Positions 30,990-44,300 of a stretch of 64,000 nt of DNA are shown here, piece after piece (the first letter of the stretch is position 1; each line of letters starts with the position of its first letter). Location: contig OZ024741.1 in the NCBI GenBank assembly GCA_964016885.1, positions 394,506,001-394,570,000 of the forward strand, in the 5' to 3' direction. Source of the DNA: Eledone cirrhosa. Its lineage: Eukaryota. The position numbers and the translations under genes were made by a program. A model generated the notes under the pieces. The model saw only the letters and a program-made list of their open reading frames with translations, was not told the origin of the DNA and did not search any database.

Positions 30990-33900
30990 TTTGGTTTATC
31001 AAGACGTATTTGAATATCGCTCAAGTTTTGTCAATTTTTATGTGTTTACATTGTATTAATCCTTATATTTCTGTTACAAACTGTTTATAAGGTGCCACAC
31101 ATTGCACTGTGTTAAGGCGACCCCATAATATTTGGGCCTTAGACCCAAATATTTGAACTTTATTTTTTCAAAAAATATAGACGGAATACCCCCCCTCCGC
31201 TCCAATTAAGCCAGCTGTCACATGACAGCGGCTCTAACATTGACGTCATTCTCACTACCACCTTTGTGAACTTTGTTACATAGCCAACACTGCAGACGGT
31301 ATCGCTGACAGCAGTAGCAGCAATAGCAGGAGCCAGAGTTGTCCTGTGCCGCAAATATGGATTTTCCACCATTGTCAGTGTCTACTAATGTGAAAGCCGC
31401 CATCCCCACCACCTCAATGTCGACAAACACATCCAACACCACTAACACCACCACCACCACAGCAACAACTGAAACAAAAAATGATAACATGAACAACAAT
31501 AATAGCCAAAAATAAATTTATCTCCTGCTGACGAAATACATTTTGCACCTTTACGAACGACATTCACCAATGTGAACACCACCGTCCTCACAATCACAAC
31601 GTCGGCAATCACGTGGAACACTACTGACACCACCATCACCACAGCAACAACTGAAAAAGAAAAAAACATGAACAACAATAACAACAACAGCAACAACAGC
31701 AACAATAAGAATAATAACAACAACAGCAACACCAGCGCAAAACCAAACGTGTCTTTTGCTAAAGCGGCCAACAAGAACGAAACGATCGAGATAAGCCAGG
31801 AAGAACTGAATGAGGCCAGGCGAATGGTGAAAAAAAATGGTTATAGTGTCAGCCTCACTCCTCCATCAAATAGCATGTAACATCGGCGGGTATGTTCAGT
31901 ATCAAACCGTACAATTAGCACAAAGACACGCAAAGTGGCATCCGAGTCCCAGATCCAAAAGGCTTTGGGACTTGTGTGGGCTCAAAAATCTCACATCATT
32001 CGTGAACGAAAGTATAGGACCGTGGACGTGTTCTTTGCAACCCCACAAGAAGACAGAGAGAAATCTACGGCTCCACTAAAGAGTGAAGAGCTCATGTTTG
32101 TCCCAAGTTACTGCGGAAGAAAGGCTCGTGAGAGTGAGGGTAACCCAAGTTCCGCCGGCCATAGAAATTACCTGGCTGATGGCTGCCGTCCTCACCGACA
32201 TCGAGGACGACACAAAAGTCATCTACGTTAAAAGAATAAAACAAGAGAACTGGTCCTGATCCAAGCAGTTCAGAAACACACCCAGGAGATTCCAGAGACC
32301 TCATTGACAGAAGCCACCTCACCTTAATTGTCGAGAGTAGAAGACTAAGGTGTGTCGTTAATATAGATGGAACCAGCCTAAAGGCCTTCTGCCCTCAGGG
32401 GATCGCCAAAAAATTATGGCCACCTCTCCTGCCTACCCCACTGGCTCAACCAGCAAAACCAGCAGCAGAAATAGCAGCAACGGTAACAAGAGCAACACCA
32501 CCACCACCCACCACACCAGAAGTAGCACTAGCGCCACTACCATCCACCACGGCACAAGCAACACCAACACCTATGAAGGGCAGTCCACTCGCCGACCTCT
32601 TACAACTGGAGACGGATTGTGACGAGGAGGAGGGGTGGAAAACTGTATCTGGGGAAAAAAGAAACCAGAAAAGAAAGAACTCTCTACCTTCACCATCCAA
32701 AAACTGAGGGCGAAACAAATAAACAAAAGAAAAACAATTAAGTTAAGACAACGACGCCATCACCACCACCACTCACACCAGCATCACCAGTCCCATCGCC
32801 AAAAACACCAACACCATCACCATCATCAACCCCAACACCACCCTCACTAACACCACAAAAACACCAACAACAAACGAAACAGAAACAAACCCACAACAAA
32901 CGCAACCACAACAAAAAGACAAAACTGAAACGCACTACAAGGCTTTAAACACGAACAATAAACAGCTATTGCACTACATCCAACACAATACCAGCATCAC
33001 AAGGAAAAACTACACAACACCCAAAAATATTCACACCACCCACACACATACAGATAACACGCATCACACAAAAAACATACTCAACCCTAAAAGAAGAATT
33101 CCCCAAGGACATCGGAGATTTCCGGCAAACACTCTTCAGAAAGATATACAAAGACATCCTTCTGGAGAGAGCCACAACCAATCAGAAGGACAGAGAAACC
33201 GTCCTTCCTCCACAAGAACTGAGGTAAGGGGGTTTTCCCACCGTTTCCCACTCTTTTTCAACATGGCCTTACCTAGAATAGGCAACGTAAATGCACGTAG
33301 CCTGGAGTTATCTTGGAAGGAAGGTCACCTGATCAACGACCTCAGGTCAATGAATGTAGATGCTGTGGACATCAGCGAGACCAGAATTTCCGAGGCACAA
33401 TCCTTCGCACCCATTCTCGGCGGTTACAGGGTCAACCATCTTCCTGGATCCAGAAGCTGATGGTGCTGGACGTGACCAGCAGCGAAGGCTATGCTTTTTG
33501 GCTAGTAGCTGTTTATTCACCGACAGGGGCTGGACGGCTTGATTCCTTCAGGCGACTGGAGACCTTCCTAGGAACGTCCTGCTCTTTAATGTTAGTGAGT
33601 GATTGGGAAGGGATCTTGGATGCACGCTAGAATTCTGTGGGACAAGTGGGTAGGGGAGGAGGGTGTAAAAGCTTTGCAAACCTGCTTAGACGTTTCCAAC
33701 TGTCTGACAAGTACCGGCTAGATTTCCCGAATGTGCCAATGTGGACATAGACAAACCGCATCGGGTCATCCAGATTGTATCTAGATAGAGTATTTTGTAA
33801 GGAAGTAGATAGTTCTAACATAGGTTGTCCACAAGTCAAGATAGTCAACTACACGGACCACAAATTCGTGATCTGTGTGGTCGACTTAAATAGGCTTCAT

Positions 33901-36437
33901 AGACAAGGACTCGGCTACTGGAAGCTGATCGCGTCGATCACGACGCGCAAAGTCTACAAAGACTGGATTAGTGAATTAGTTAAGCGGGCGTTGACGGGGG
34001 CCATCGTCAACAACAAATGGTGGTCTGCCCTGAAAATAGCAATTAGAATAGAGTCCTATAGGTTTAGTAAGGCATTAGCAATAGAGAAAAATAGAGCAGA
34101 GAGCAGAGAGAGGACTAGTTAGTAAATTAGACGAGGCGCTTAACAAAGGCATCGCGACCGACGTACTTGCGGCGAAATTGGCCCTTGACCAATTCTTCAA
34201 TGCAAAGCACAAAGGCTGCGTTGTCAGAGCTAGGGTGCGTGCTCTCAGACACGAAGGGACGAAAGCCGTTCAATGGGCCCGAGTGGCGGAGGCGCGTCGT
34301 GGCAATAAAGCCACGATCCGGTCTTTGGTGGACCACGACGGGCGCATGCTACTCGATCCCGGGCAAATGTGTGAAGCTTTTCAGCGACACTTCGCACAGC
34401 TTAAAAGAATCTCGACACATGTGCTTGCGGCGAGATGGGCCCACGATCAATTCTTCAACGCAAAGCACGAAGGTTGCGTTCTCAGAGCTAGAGTGCGTGC
34501 TCTCATACACGAGGAGACGAAACCCGTTTAATGGACCCGAGTGGAGCAGGCGCGTCGTGGCAGCACAGCCACGATCCGGTCTTTGGAGGACCGCGACGGG
34601 CGCATGTTAATCGACCCTGGGCAAATGTGTGCGACTTTTCAGCGACTCTTCGCTCGGCTATTTGGGAACAGTGGTGCGGCGGATGCGGGATGGACTTTAG
34701 TGCCTACTTCGACGGTCTGCTGCGGCTCTCGAGCATTAAGGCGGAGTGTTGCGAAAAGCCGATAACATCCGCTGAAGAACGGGAGGCAATGACTGACTGC
34801 ACGATGTGTAAATCACCTGGTTTGGATGGTCTGCCCTACGAGCTGTACGTACACATGCCAGACTTGTTCGGCGACTTCTTGGCAGACGTCTACTGCAACT
34901 GGCAACAGAACGGGAGAATTGCCAGCTCTGTGAGCCGAGGAGTGGTGGCGCTGCTGAGAAAGGACCCGGACAAGGACAACATAAATAATTTCAGGCCCAT
35001 AACTCTGCTAAACGCAGAGTTCAAGATTTTGGCCAAGAGGTTGGCGCTTGTCGTCGGTGGTCTGGTGGGAGAGGCGCATAGATGTGCCATTGCAGACAGA
35101 TCCATCCGCAACAACCTCCACCTCATGCGATACATCGTGGAGAGGGTAGCTAGGGAACCTGGCACGGGAGGGGTCCTTGATCAATTTAGATCAGTCGAAA
35201 TCTTTCGATAGGGTCGAGCATCGTTATCTGGCGGCGGCCCTGAGGGCGGCCGGCTTTGGGACCGTCTTCAGAGGCTGGATCACTGCCATGCACAGCGACT
35301 TCTGCTCTGTGGTGAGAGTGAACGGTCACCTTTCGGAACCGTTGAAGATCATGCGCTTGATCCGCCAAGCGCATGATGGTCCGCCAAGGGATGTCCCCTC
35401 TAGTCCCTTTTGTACGCATTGACTCTCGAACCATTATTACACAAACTGGAGACGTTGAGGGTCGTCCCGCGTGAACAGCATATGCCGACAACGTCACCGT
35501 ATTGGTGTCAAGCGCCAAACACATCGAGGCGACCGATACTAGACTAAGAGAATACGAGGCGTGACAAGAGCAATGATCAATCAGGAAAAGTCTGTGGGCC
35601 TACAGCTCGGCACCTGGAGAGGCAGGTCCATGCCGTCCAACAGCGTCGTCGGGCACTGGACAGACGGACCGGTTAAATTGCTAGGGGTCTGGTTCGGTTT
35701 GGACCTCCAGACGGAAAACAACTGGGACGAAGTGACGAGCAGGGTGGCCTCTCTCACCCAGAAATAGGCCGAGAGGAAGCTATCCCTGAAAGGTCAAGCG
35801 GGGGTGGCGAATGCGTACATCACGTCCGTCATCTACTACCGCCTGACCATCGTGCCTTGTCATAAGCCACACTTGATTGCGCTGGAGCGTTTTCTCTTTC
35901 GCTATATGTGGAAGGGACGCGTTCCGATGGCCAATCGGTCCATCTGCTGTCAACACCCTCGACGGTGAACAGGTGTGGTCGCCTTTGCTAGACGCGTATT
36001 TCCCCAGCTCGTCTCCTTGGCGGAGCTGCAGTCCTGGGTCAAGCGAAGACCAAGAGGGGGCGCTTGTAAACTGGAATGTCTTCAGGCGCTTACAGCTCTC
36101 GACTAATCGGGTGATGCGATCGGTGGAAACTCCACCTTGGTGTTCTATAGAGGGTTAGTGGAGGGAAAGAGCGACGACGTGGGTGGGGAGATTCTGGGTG
36201 TCGACGAAAATCAACTAGCCAATCTCTTCGGGAGAACTTTCGGGCCGAGGCCTATGGACAACTTCCAGAAATCCCTGGCCTGGCAGTGCTACCGGGGAGC
36301 TTTGTCAGTTCGGGATAACCTCTACAGGCATGGAAGTGCTGTCAAGCCGGGCCTGACCGAGATGCGCGCAGCGCGATGAAACCGTCCTGCACGCATCCAG
36401 TGTCCCAGCATTTGTTGTCACGTGAGGACGGATCCAG
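30990..36437 (+). mobile_element. Tx1/L1-clade LINE copy A (heavily decayed, G-like subfamily, 3' end lost)
   Basis: Follows (TTA)n at 30975-30990. ORF1 remnants SFAKAA..ASESQIQKALG. ORF2 starts at ATG 33263 (RIGNVNAR, YTDHK, GYWKL, KSPGLDGLPYE, NFRPITLLN, NLDQSKSFDRV). Confidence 0.9.
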
Positions 36438-39400
36438 TACGTCGAACTGTGACTTACCGTATTATTGGATTGAAAAGTTAAAATATTGAAAGAGCTACAG
36501 AAGCTCAAATTCAAAAGGTTTTGGGGCCAGTCTGGACCGAAAAAATTTATATTCAAAGAGGCAGAGGTTTCGGCTCGGTGGAGGTAAGATTTAACACCAA
36601 AGAAGAGGCAAAATCTCACTCCCTCAATCCCCTACAAAGTGAGGAATTTCTAGTAATCCCAGTCTACTGTAGAATGAGATTAGTAAGAATCAAATTAAAC
36701 CAAATACCACCGGAAATAGATATTTCTTGGCTATTAGCTGCCGTAACGGTAAATGTTAAGGAGAACACATAAATCCTTGATGTTTACCAAATAAGCAAAG
36801 AAAATTGGTCTGGGATGGCAGTGAGAATTTTACTGCAAACCTCACCAAAAAATGTAGATGCCATCCCTGAACATGGTATAATATTACCCAGAAAGTTGAA
36901 GGGCGAAAAGCTAGATGTTATATCTGATATCTGGCTCTCCACAAAACACCTGAGAGCACTCTGCCTTTCCCTAAAAACAAACAAAGAAATCTCTGCTTCT
37001 ACCAACACCGAAAACCACAACTACTACTAGAAGACAAACACCAAATAAAACAACAATCCCAGCACCGCCAAGTCCAACACAGAAAAAGCTGTCACCAGCA
37101 ACATCAACAACACCAACATCCAATTGAGGACATGCCACTCCCTGAGGATAAACTTGACGACAAGTGACAAATAGTGTGTTCTCTCAAAAACAAACAAAAA
37201 AAAGAAAAAATTCTCCGGCTTCGCCCTCAAAAACAGAAGACGAAAGAGTAAAAAAAATCTCAAAAGCCGAAAGGCAAAAAACACTAAAAAAAAAACCCTC
37301 ATCCCCATCATCACCACAAACACCCACTCAGCCAACACTACAACAATCACCCCACTCACAAACATTTCAAGCAAAACCTAACCCACATCCGCAACAACAA
37401 AAAGATACAAACATCACGCACAACACAGCAATTGACTCAAACAATACAAAACTTTTAAATTACTTAGAACACAATACCACAATCACACAAAACGATTTTA
37501 CAAAACTAGAAAAAATAACATTACCCACAAACATACAAATAATAAAAATAACTCAGAAAACATTCACACATTTAAAAACAAAATTCCCAGATTCAATTGG
37601 AGACTTCAAGGGAACAATCTCCAACCGAATCTACACAGACATTTCGGCTTTTGAGCCAAGAAAAAAGAACCTCCGAAGGATGGAACTACTGTCCTTCCTC
37701 CCCCAAATTTAAGGTAAGCGACCGTTCCCACTTTCTCCTCCTCTAAATCAATCATGGCCTCACTAAGAATAGGCAGTCTGAATGAACGGGGCTTGGGCTC
37801 ATCCTGGAAATAGGGGCACCTGCTATGGACATAGATGTTGTGGGCATTAGCGAGATCAGAGTTTCCGATGCACGAACCTTCGCACACATTTTCGGTGGCT
37901 ACGAGGTATACGCATCTCCGAACCATCCAGGATCTGGAGGTGGAGTTGCGCTGTTGTTCCGGAAAAGCATGGATCTCACAATACGGACCATCTTCCTGGA
38001 CCCGGAGGGTAAATTGGTGGTACTGGATGTGATCAGTGGTAAAGGGCACACCTTCAGGTTAATGGTTGTCTATGCTCCAACAGGAGCAGGACGAACTGTT
38101 TTTTCCGACATCTGGAAAACTTTCTGGGAACTTCTCGCTCTTTGGTCTTAGTGGGCGACTGGAACGGTATCTTAGATGCACACTGGGATTGTGTGGGACT
38201 CGCTGATAGGGGAGGAGGATGTAAAAGCCTCGCAAATCTGCTCAGACACTTCCAACTGTCTGCCAGATACCGACTGAATTTTCCGAATGCACCAATGTGG
38301 ATTTGAATAAACCGCATCGGGTCATCCAGATCCTATCTAGATAGGGTATTCCGTAGGGAAATAGACAGGGATAGCTTAAGTTGTCCACAATTTCAAACAG
38401 TTGAATACACAAGCCACAATTTTTTTTACATGTGTAGTAGATCTAGATAGGCTCCATAGGCAAGGACCCGGTTACTGGAAGCTAAATGCCTCATTCCCAA
38501 TGCGCACATCCTACAGAGACCAGATTAGTGAATTAGTTAAGCGGGAATTGACAGGGGCAATCATCAACAAATGGTGGTATGCCCAGAAAAGGGCAGTTAA
38601 AGTAGAATGAATAAGATTTAGCAAAGCTGTAGCAATAGAGAAAACTAGAGTAGAGAGGGAACTAGTGAAAAAACTAGGAGAGGCAATTAACAATGGCATT
38701 GCGACCGACGTTCTTGCGTCGACATTGGCCCTAGACCAACTTTTCAATGCCAAGCACAAAGGCTGTGTGGCCAGAGCTAAAGCACGTATTCTTAGAGGTG
38801 AGGAGATGAAAGCTGTTCAATGGGCCCGTGTGGAACACTACGACGGGCGCATGATACTCGATCCCAAGCAGATGTATGCAACTTTTCAGCAACACTTTGC
38901 CCGACTGTTCGGGAGCGATGGCTGATTGGATTGCGAGATGAACTTCACAACCTATTTCGACGACATGTCGCAGCTGTTGGTGACAGAGGTGGGGTGTTGC
39001 AGAAATCCAATAACAGCCGTTGAGATACAGAAAGCAGCTGACTGAACGAGGATCAAATCGCCTGGATTAGATGGTCTGCCCTACGAGATTTACGTACACA
39101 TGCCAGACTTGTTCGGCGACCTCTTGGAAGACGTTACTGCAACTGACAGTAGAATGTGAGAATCCCCAGTTCTGTGAGCCGTGGAGTGGTGGCACTGCTG
39201 AGACAAGACCTGAACAAGGGGCACAATATAAATAATTTTAGGCTCATAACTCTGCTAAATGCAGAGTTCAAAATTTTGGCCAAGGTGTTAACAGTGAGGT
39301 TGGCACTTGTCATTGGTAGTCTGGTAGGGAAGGCACAGACATGTTTTATTCCCAAGAGATCCATCCATGACAACCTCCATCTCATGCGATACATCATAGA

Positions 39401-41232
39401 GAGGGTGGCTAAAGAACCTGGGACGTGTGGGGCACTGATCAACTTGGATCATTCCAAAGTATTTGATAGGGTCGACCATCGGTACCTGGTGACGGTCCTC
39501 AAAGCAGCAGGCTTTGGGTCAGTTTTCAGAGGATGGATAGCTGCTATGCTTAGTGACATCTGCTCGGTGGTCAGATTGAATGATCACCTCTCGGAACCGT
39601 TCAACATTATGCATTACTACACAAATTAGAGACATTGAGAGGCATCCCACATGAACTAGGACATGGAAGATCTATGTCAGCTTATGCCAACGACATCACA
39701 GTTGTAGTGTCAAATACCAAACACATTAAGGTGATCGGCACTACTCTGAAGGAATACGAAGCGTTGACAGGAGGGAAAACCAGCCAGCAAAAACCCATGG
39801 GCCTACAACTCGGCACATGGGGTTTTTCCATGCCGTCTAACAGAGTCGTCGGACGCTGGAGGGACGGACCGGTTAAATTACTCGGGGTCTGGTTTGGTCC
39901 TGACCTCCAGATAGACAGAAATTGGGATGAGGTGACGAACAGAAATGAGCCGAGAGAAAGCTGTCCCTGAAAGGTAGGGCAGAGGTGGCGAACACATTCA
40001 TCGTGTCCGTCATCTACCGCTTGACCATCGTTCCTTGTCCCAAACCCAGCCAGACAGCACTGGAGCGTTTGCGCTTCCAATTCTTGTAGAAAGGACGCGT
40101 TCCAATGATCAGACGGTCCACTGTTGTCAACAGCCCCTTCGTGGAGGACTGGGAATGCCGTGGCTAATGATGCGCAGACATGTGCTGAGGCTACGAGATC
40201 TCCATCTCTTCCTAAACGGTGAACAGATGGGGTCTCCATTCACCAGATGCATGTTCCCCCATCCTTAACGGAGCTACAGTCCTGGGTCAAGCAGAGACCG
40301 AGGGAGAGCGCTTGGAAACAGAAATGTCTCCAGGTGCTTACAGCCCTTCAACAATCGGGCAATATGATCAATGGAAACACCACCTTAAAGTTCTATAGGG
40401 GGTTCGTGGCTGACAAAAGCGAATAACGTTCTTGGGGAAGCTCTAGACATTGACGAGAATCAATTAGCTACTTTTCTCGGAAGGAACTTCGGTCCAAGGC
40501 CCATGGATAATTTCCAGAAATCCCTGGCGTGGCAGTGTTAACGAGGAGCTTTGTCAATTCGAGATAAACTCTACAGACATAGAAGTGCCGTTAGCCGGGC
40601 CTGTCCGAGATGCGTGCAGGGCGACGAAACCGTCCTGCATGCAATCGTCCATTGTCCGAGCGTTGCTGACTTGTGGGTTTATGTCGAACACCTGTTGTCG
40701 CGTGTAGGACAAATTCGGTTATCAACTGAGTCCATTGTGAAGATTGTCCCGCCGCCTTCTTTTAGTCAAGAAGGGCAGGCCATTTTTATGTCATGTATCC
40801 ATGGTGAAAAAGGTTGTATGATGGACACACTTGAAAGGTTTGAAGATGAGCACTTTCCTTTTTGGTGAAGCCCTGATTAACTTCTTCAGATTCACTTGAG
40901 GAGGAAAATAGGAATAGAGAGAGAAGTGCTGCCTTCAAAGTAATTTGTTGAAAGGTGGGTGAGAGAAGTGGGCATGGCCCAAGTGGAATGGCCCGCTCTG
41001 AGTGTAGATTGGAGGAGTACAACTGGAACAGGGCACTTACCCTAGAAATCAGAGCATCCGTGGTTTTATGGGGGGTTTTTCTATGAATGACCCTCGAATG
41101 TCTCCTCCCTATTGAGAAACCTTTTTGTTGTAATTTTATTATTATCTTTTTGTTGTAATTTTATTATTATCTTTTTTTTTAACTTTGTTAAAATTTGTTT
41201 ACACGCAAAACCCACACACGACCACACACACA

Positions 41233-41268
<36 letters not shown>

Positions 41269-41354
41269 ATGTTTTCGTCCTGTACTGTCATAATGTTTTT
41301 TCTTGATGTGGACCTTTAGTGGTTAATAAAGAAATCATTATTATTATTATTATT
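36438..41354 (+). mobile_element. Tx1/L1-clade LINE copy B (decayed, 5' part lost, third subfamily)
   Basis: ORF1 remnant, ORF2 from ATG 37754, CPRC..H..C zinc finger, 3' UTR with (CA)n, ends AATAAAGAAATC(ATT)n. Confidence 0.9.
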
Positions 41355-44300
41355 GAAGGTGAAGCCACGCTTCTTATCGGCTCCAGATTTTTTCAACAGT
41401 ACTCATCGATTTCAACCGTTTCTAACCTCTTATTCAAGTTTTAAACTTGATAAGAGTTTAGAAGAAGTGACCCACTTAACACAGGTGGTTCACTCATAAA
41501 TAATACGGCACCCTTTTATGCGGTGTCGTATGTACGAAGGAAAAGAGGAACAATATCATTTTTAATGATATTGTTGCAGATTTAAAATTACCAAATATTT
41601 CTAACACAAACAACACCAACAATAACACCAACAACAACACCATCAATAACAACAGCAACAACAAAAATAACAGCGATAAGGTCGAGAAAGACAATAACAA
41701 TGACAATAACAACAGCCACAACAACAATAAGAGTGGGGACAGTATCAACAAAAACAACAATAATAACAACAGCCACAACAACAATTACAGCAGCAACAGT
41801 ATCAACGAAAACAACAACAACAGCAACAACAGTACCAACGAAAACAACAATAATGACATCAATACAAGTAACAGCCATCTCAGCACCACCAGTAAGACCA
41901 GTAGCGGCAGCAATAGTAGTGCCGCTGAAAAAGGGGTCACTTCTTTTGCAGGTGTGGCCCGAAATATCGAAACAGTGTTAGTCACGGAGGAGGAGATGGC
42001 AGTCGCAAGGGCCATGGTGACAAGAAATGCCAATCGAGTTTCCCTGACACCTCCACCCAATTTTTAAGGACCAGCAGTTACGGACGGTGACTTACTGCAC
42101 CGTAAGCAAAATGTCACATCGGGTGGAGAGAGCACGGAGGCTCAAATCCAAAAGGCCTTGGGGTGCGTCTGGGCGCGCAAGACCCACATCACCCGAGGAA
42201 AAAAAATATGCCACAGAAGACGTACTTTTTACAACTCTTTGGTAACCCTAAAGAGTGAGGAGATAGTTTTGGTGCCTCCTACTGTGGGCAGAAAATTGTG
42301 AGGGTCAATGTGACCCAGGTCCCACCCAACGTGCCTATACTTTGGCTTGCCGCGTCTGTCTTTGCTGCAAGTAGAGAAAATAGGGAGAAGGAAATGGTCA
42401 GGTATAGGCATGCAAATGCTAATACAAACTGACCAGGTGTGTATCGAGTCTATCCCCGATATCATAGATCTCGAGGAAGGATCCAACTCCCTATAAGTGT
42501 GGAAGGAAGGCCCCCAAAATGCTATCTCTGTGGGTCAAAGGGTCACCTCAGGGCCTTTTGCCCGCAGAAGACAGCGAAGAAGAAGGCCCCCTCCTTCCAA
42601 TGCCTGGTCCGCTGTAACCAAGAGTAGGGCAGACAACAAAGGCAGAAGCCCCTTCAACGGTGAGTAGGAGGGCAACGTCCGTGGCACCCGTACCAAGGCC
42701 ACGGACAACTAAAACAGCAGCAGCAGTGGCGGCAACACCACTAGCTGCACCAACAACAAAATCGCCGGGAAGGGCTCCACTACCACCACCAACAGCCGTG
42801 GAGGACATACCCCTCCCAGACGCCACGGAATCCGACATGGAGTATGAGGCGGGAGTGAAGTGGTAAACGGTCTGCCACAAAAAAACAAAAAACAAAAAAC
42901 CCTTAGCTTCACCCTCCAGAAGCGAAGGCAAACAAAGAACGGTAAAGGCTGCAAGGTGACTCGCAGCAACGCTACCACCATCACCACCAACAACCACCAC
43001 ACCACCACCACCAGCATCACCACAAACACCAACATCGCAAACACAACAAGACAAACATACCCAACAGCAGCAACAAGAAAACAGCAACAGAACCAAACCC
43101 CCCCAAAAAATATTACACAGCCATAAACTTGGCAAATAAAGAACTCTTAGAATATATAAAGCAGCACACAGACATTAAGGACAAAAATTACTACACCCCC
43201 ACCAACACCAAGAACATTCCCGAAAAATATAAACATTATTAAAATAAAAATAGAACATTATAAACATTTAAAAGATAAAATTCCCCAATGCAGTTGGAGA
43301 CTTCAGAGGATCGGTTACCAAGAGGATATACACCGACATCATCTTGGAAACACCCATGACCAGCCAAAGGGACGGTTCGACTGTCCCTTTCCCACACGAT
43401 CAGGATAGGTGATACTTTCTCACTTGCTCCATTCCTCACCCAACATGGCCTTACTTAGAATAAGCAGTATAAATGTACGTGGCCTGGGGGTCATCTTGGA
43501 AGCAGAGCCACCTGCTTAACGATCTCAGGTCACTAAACATAGATGTGGTGACCATCAGCGAGACCAGAATTTCCGAAGCACGAGACTTCGCACCGATCTT
43601 CGGCGGTTACGATGCATACACATCACCCAGCCGTCCGGGAGCGGGGGCTAAGTTGCTGTGCTTTTTCGGAAAGGCTTGGATCTCGCCATACAGGCCATCT
43701 TCCTGAACCCAGAAGGTAAGTCGGTGGTACTGGAGGTGACAGGCAGTGAAGGCAATGCTTTCAGTCTAGTAGCCCTCTACGCCCCAACAGGCCAAATTTC
43801 TTCAGACGTCTAGAGACCTTTCTTGGAACGTCCCGCTCTTTAATGTTAGTGGGTGACTGGAACGGTATCTTAGATGCACGCTGGGATTATGTGGGGCTAG
43901 TAAATAGGGGAGGAGGATGTAAAAGCCTCAGCAACCTGCTCAGACATTTTCAACTGTCTGACAGGTATCGACTGAATTATCCGAATGTGCCAATGTGGAC
44001 ATGGGCAAACCGCATCGGGTCATCCAGATTGTATCTAGATAGGGTATTGTGTAGGGAAACAGATAAGGCTAGCGTAGGTTGTCCAAAATTTAAAGTAGTC
44101 GACTACACGGACCACAAATTTGTGATCTGTTAAGTTGACGTAGATAGACTTCATAGACAAGGACCCGGTTACTGGAAGCTGAACGCGTCTTTCCCGGCGC
44201 GCAAAGCTTAGAGACCGGATAAGCGAATTAGTTAAGCGTACGTTGACGGGTGCGAACGTCAACAACAGGTGGTGGCTTACCCTGAAAAGGGCAATTAGAG

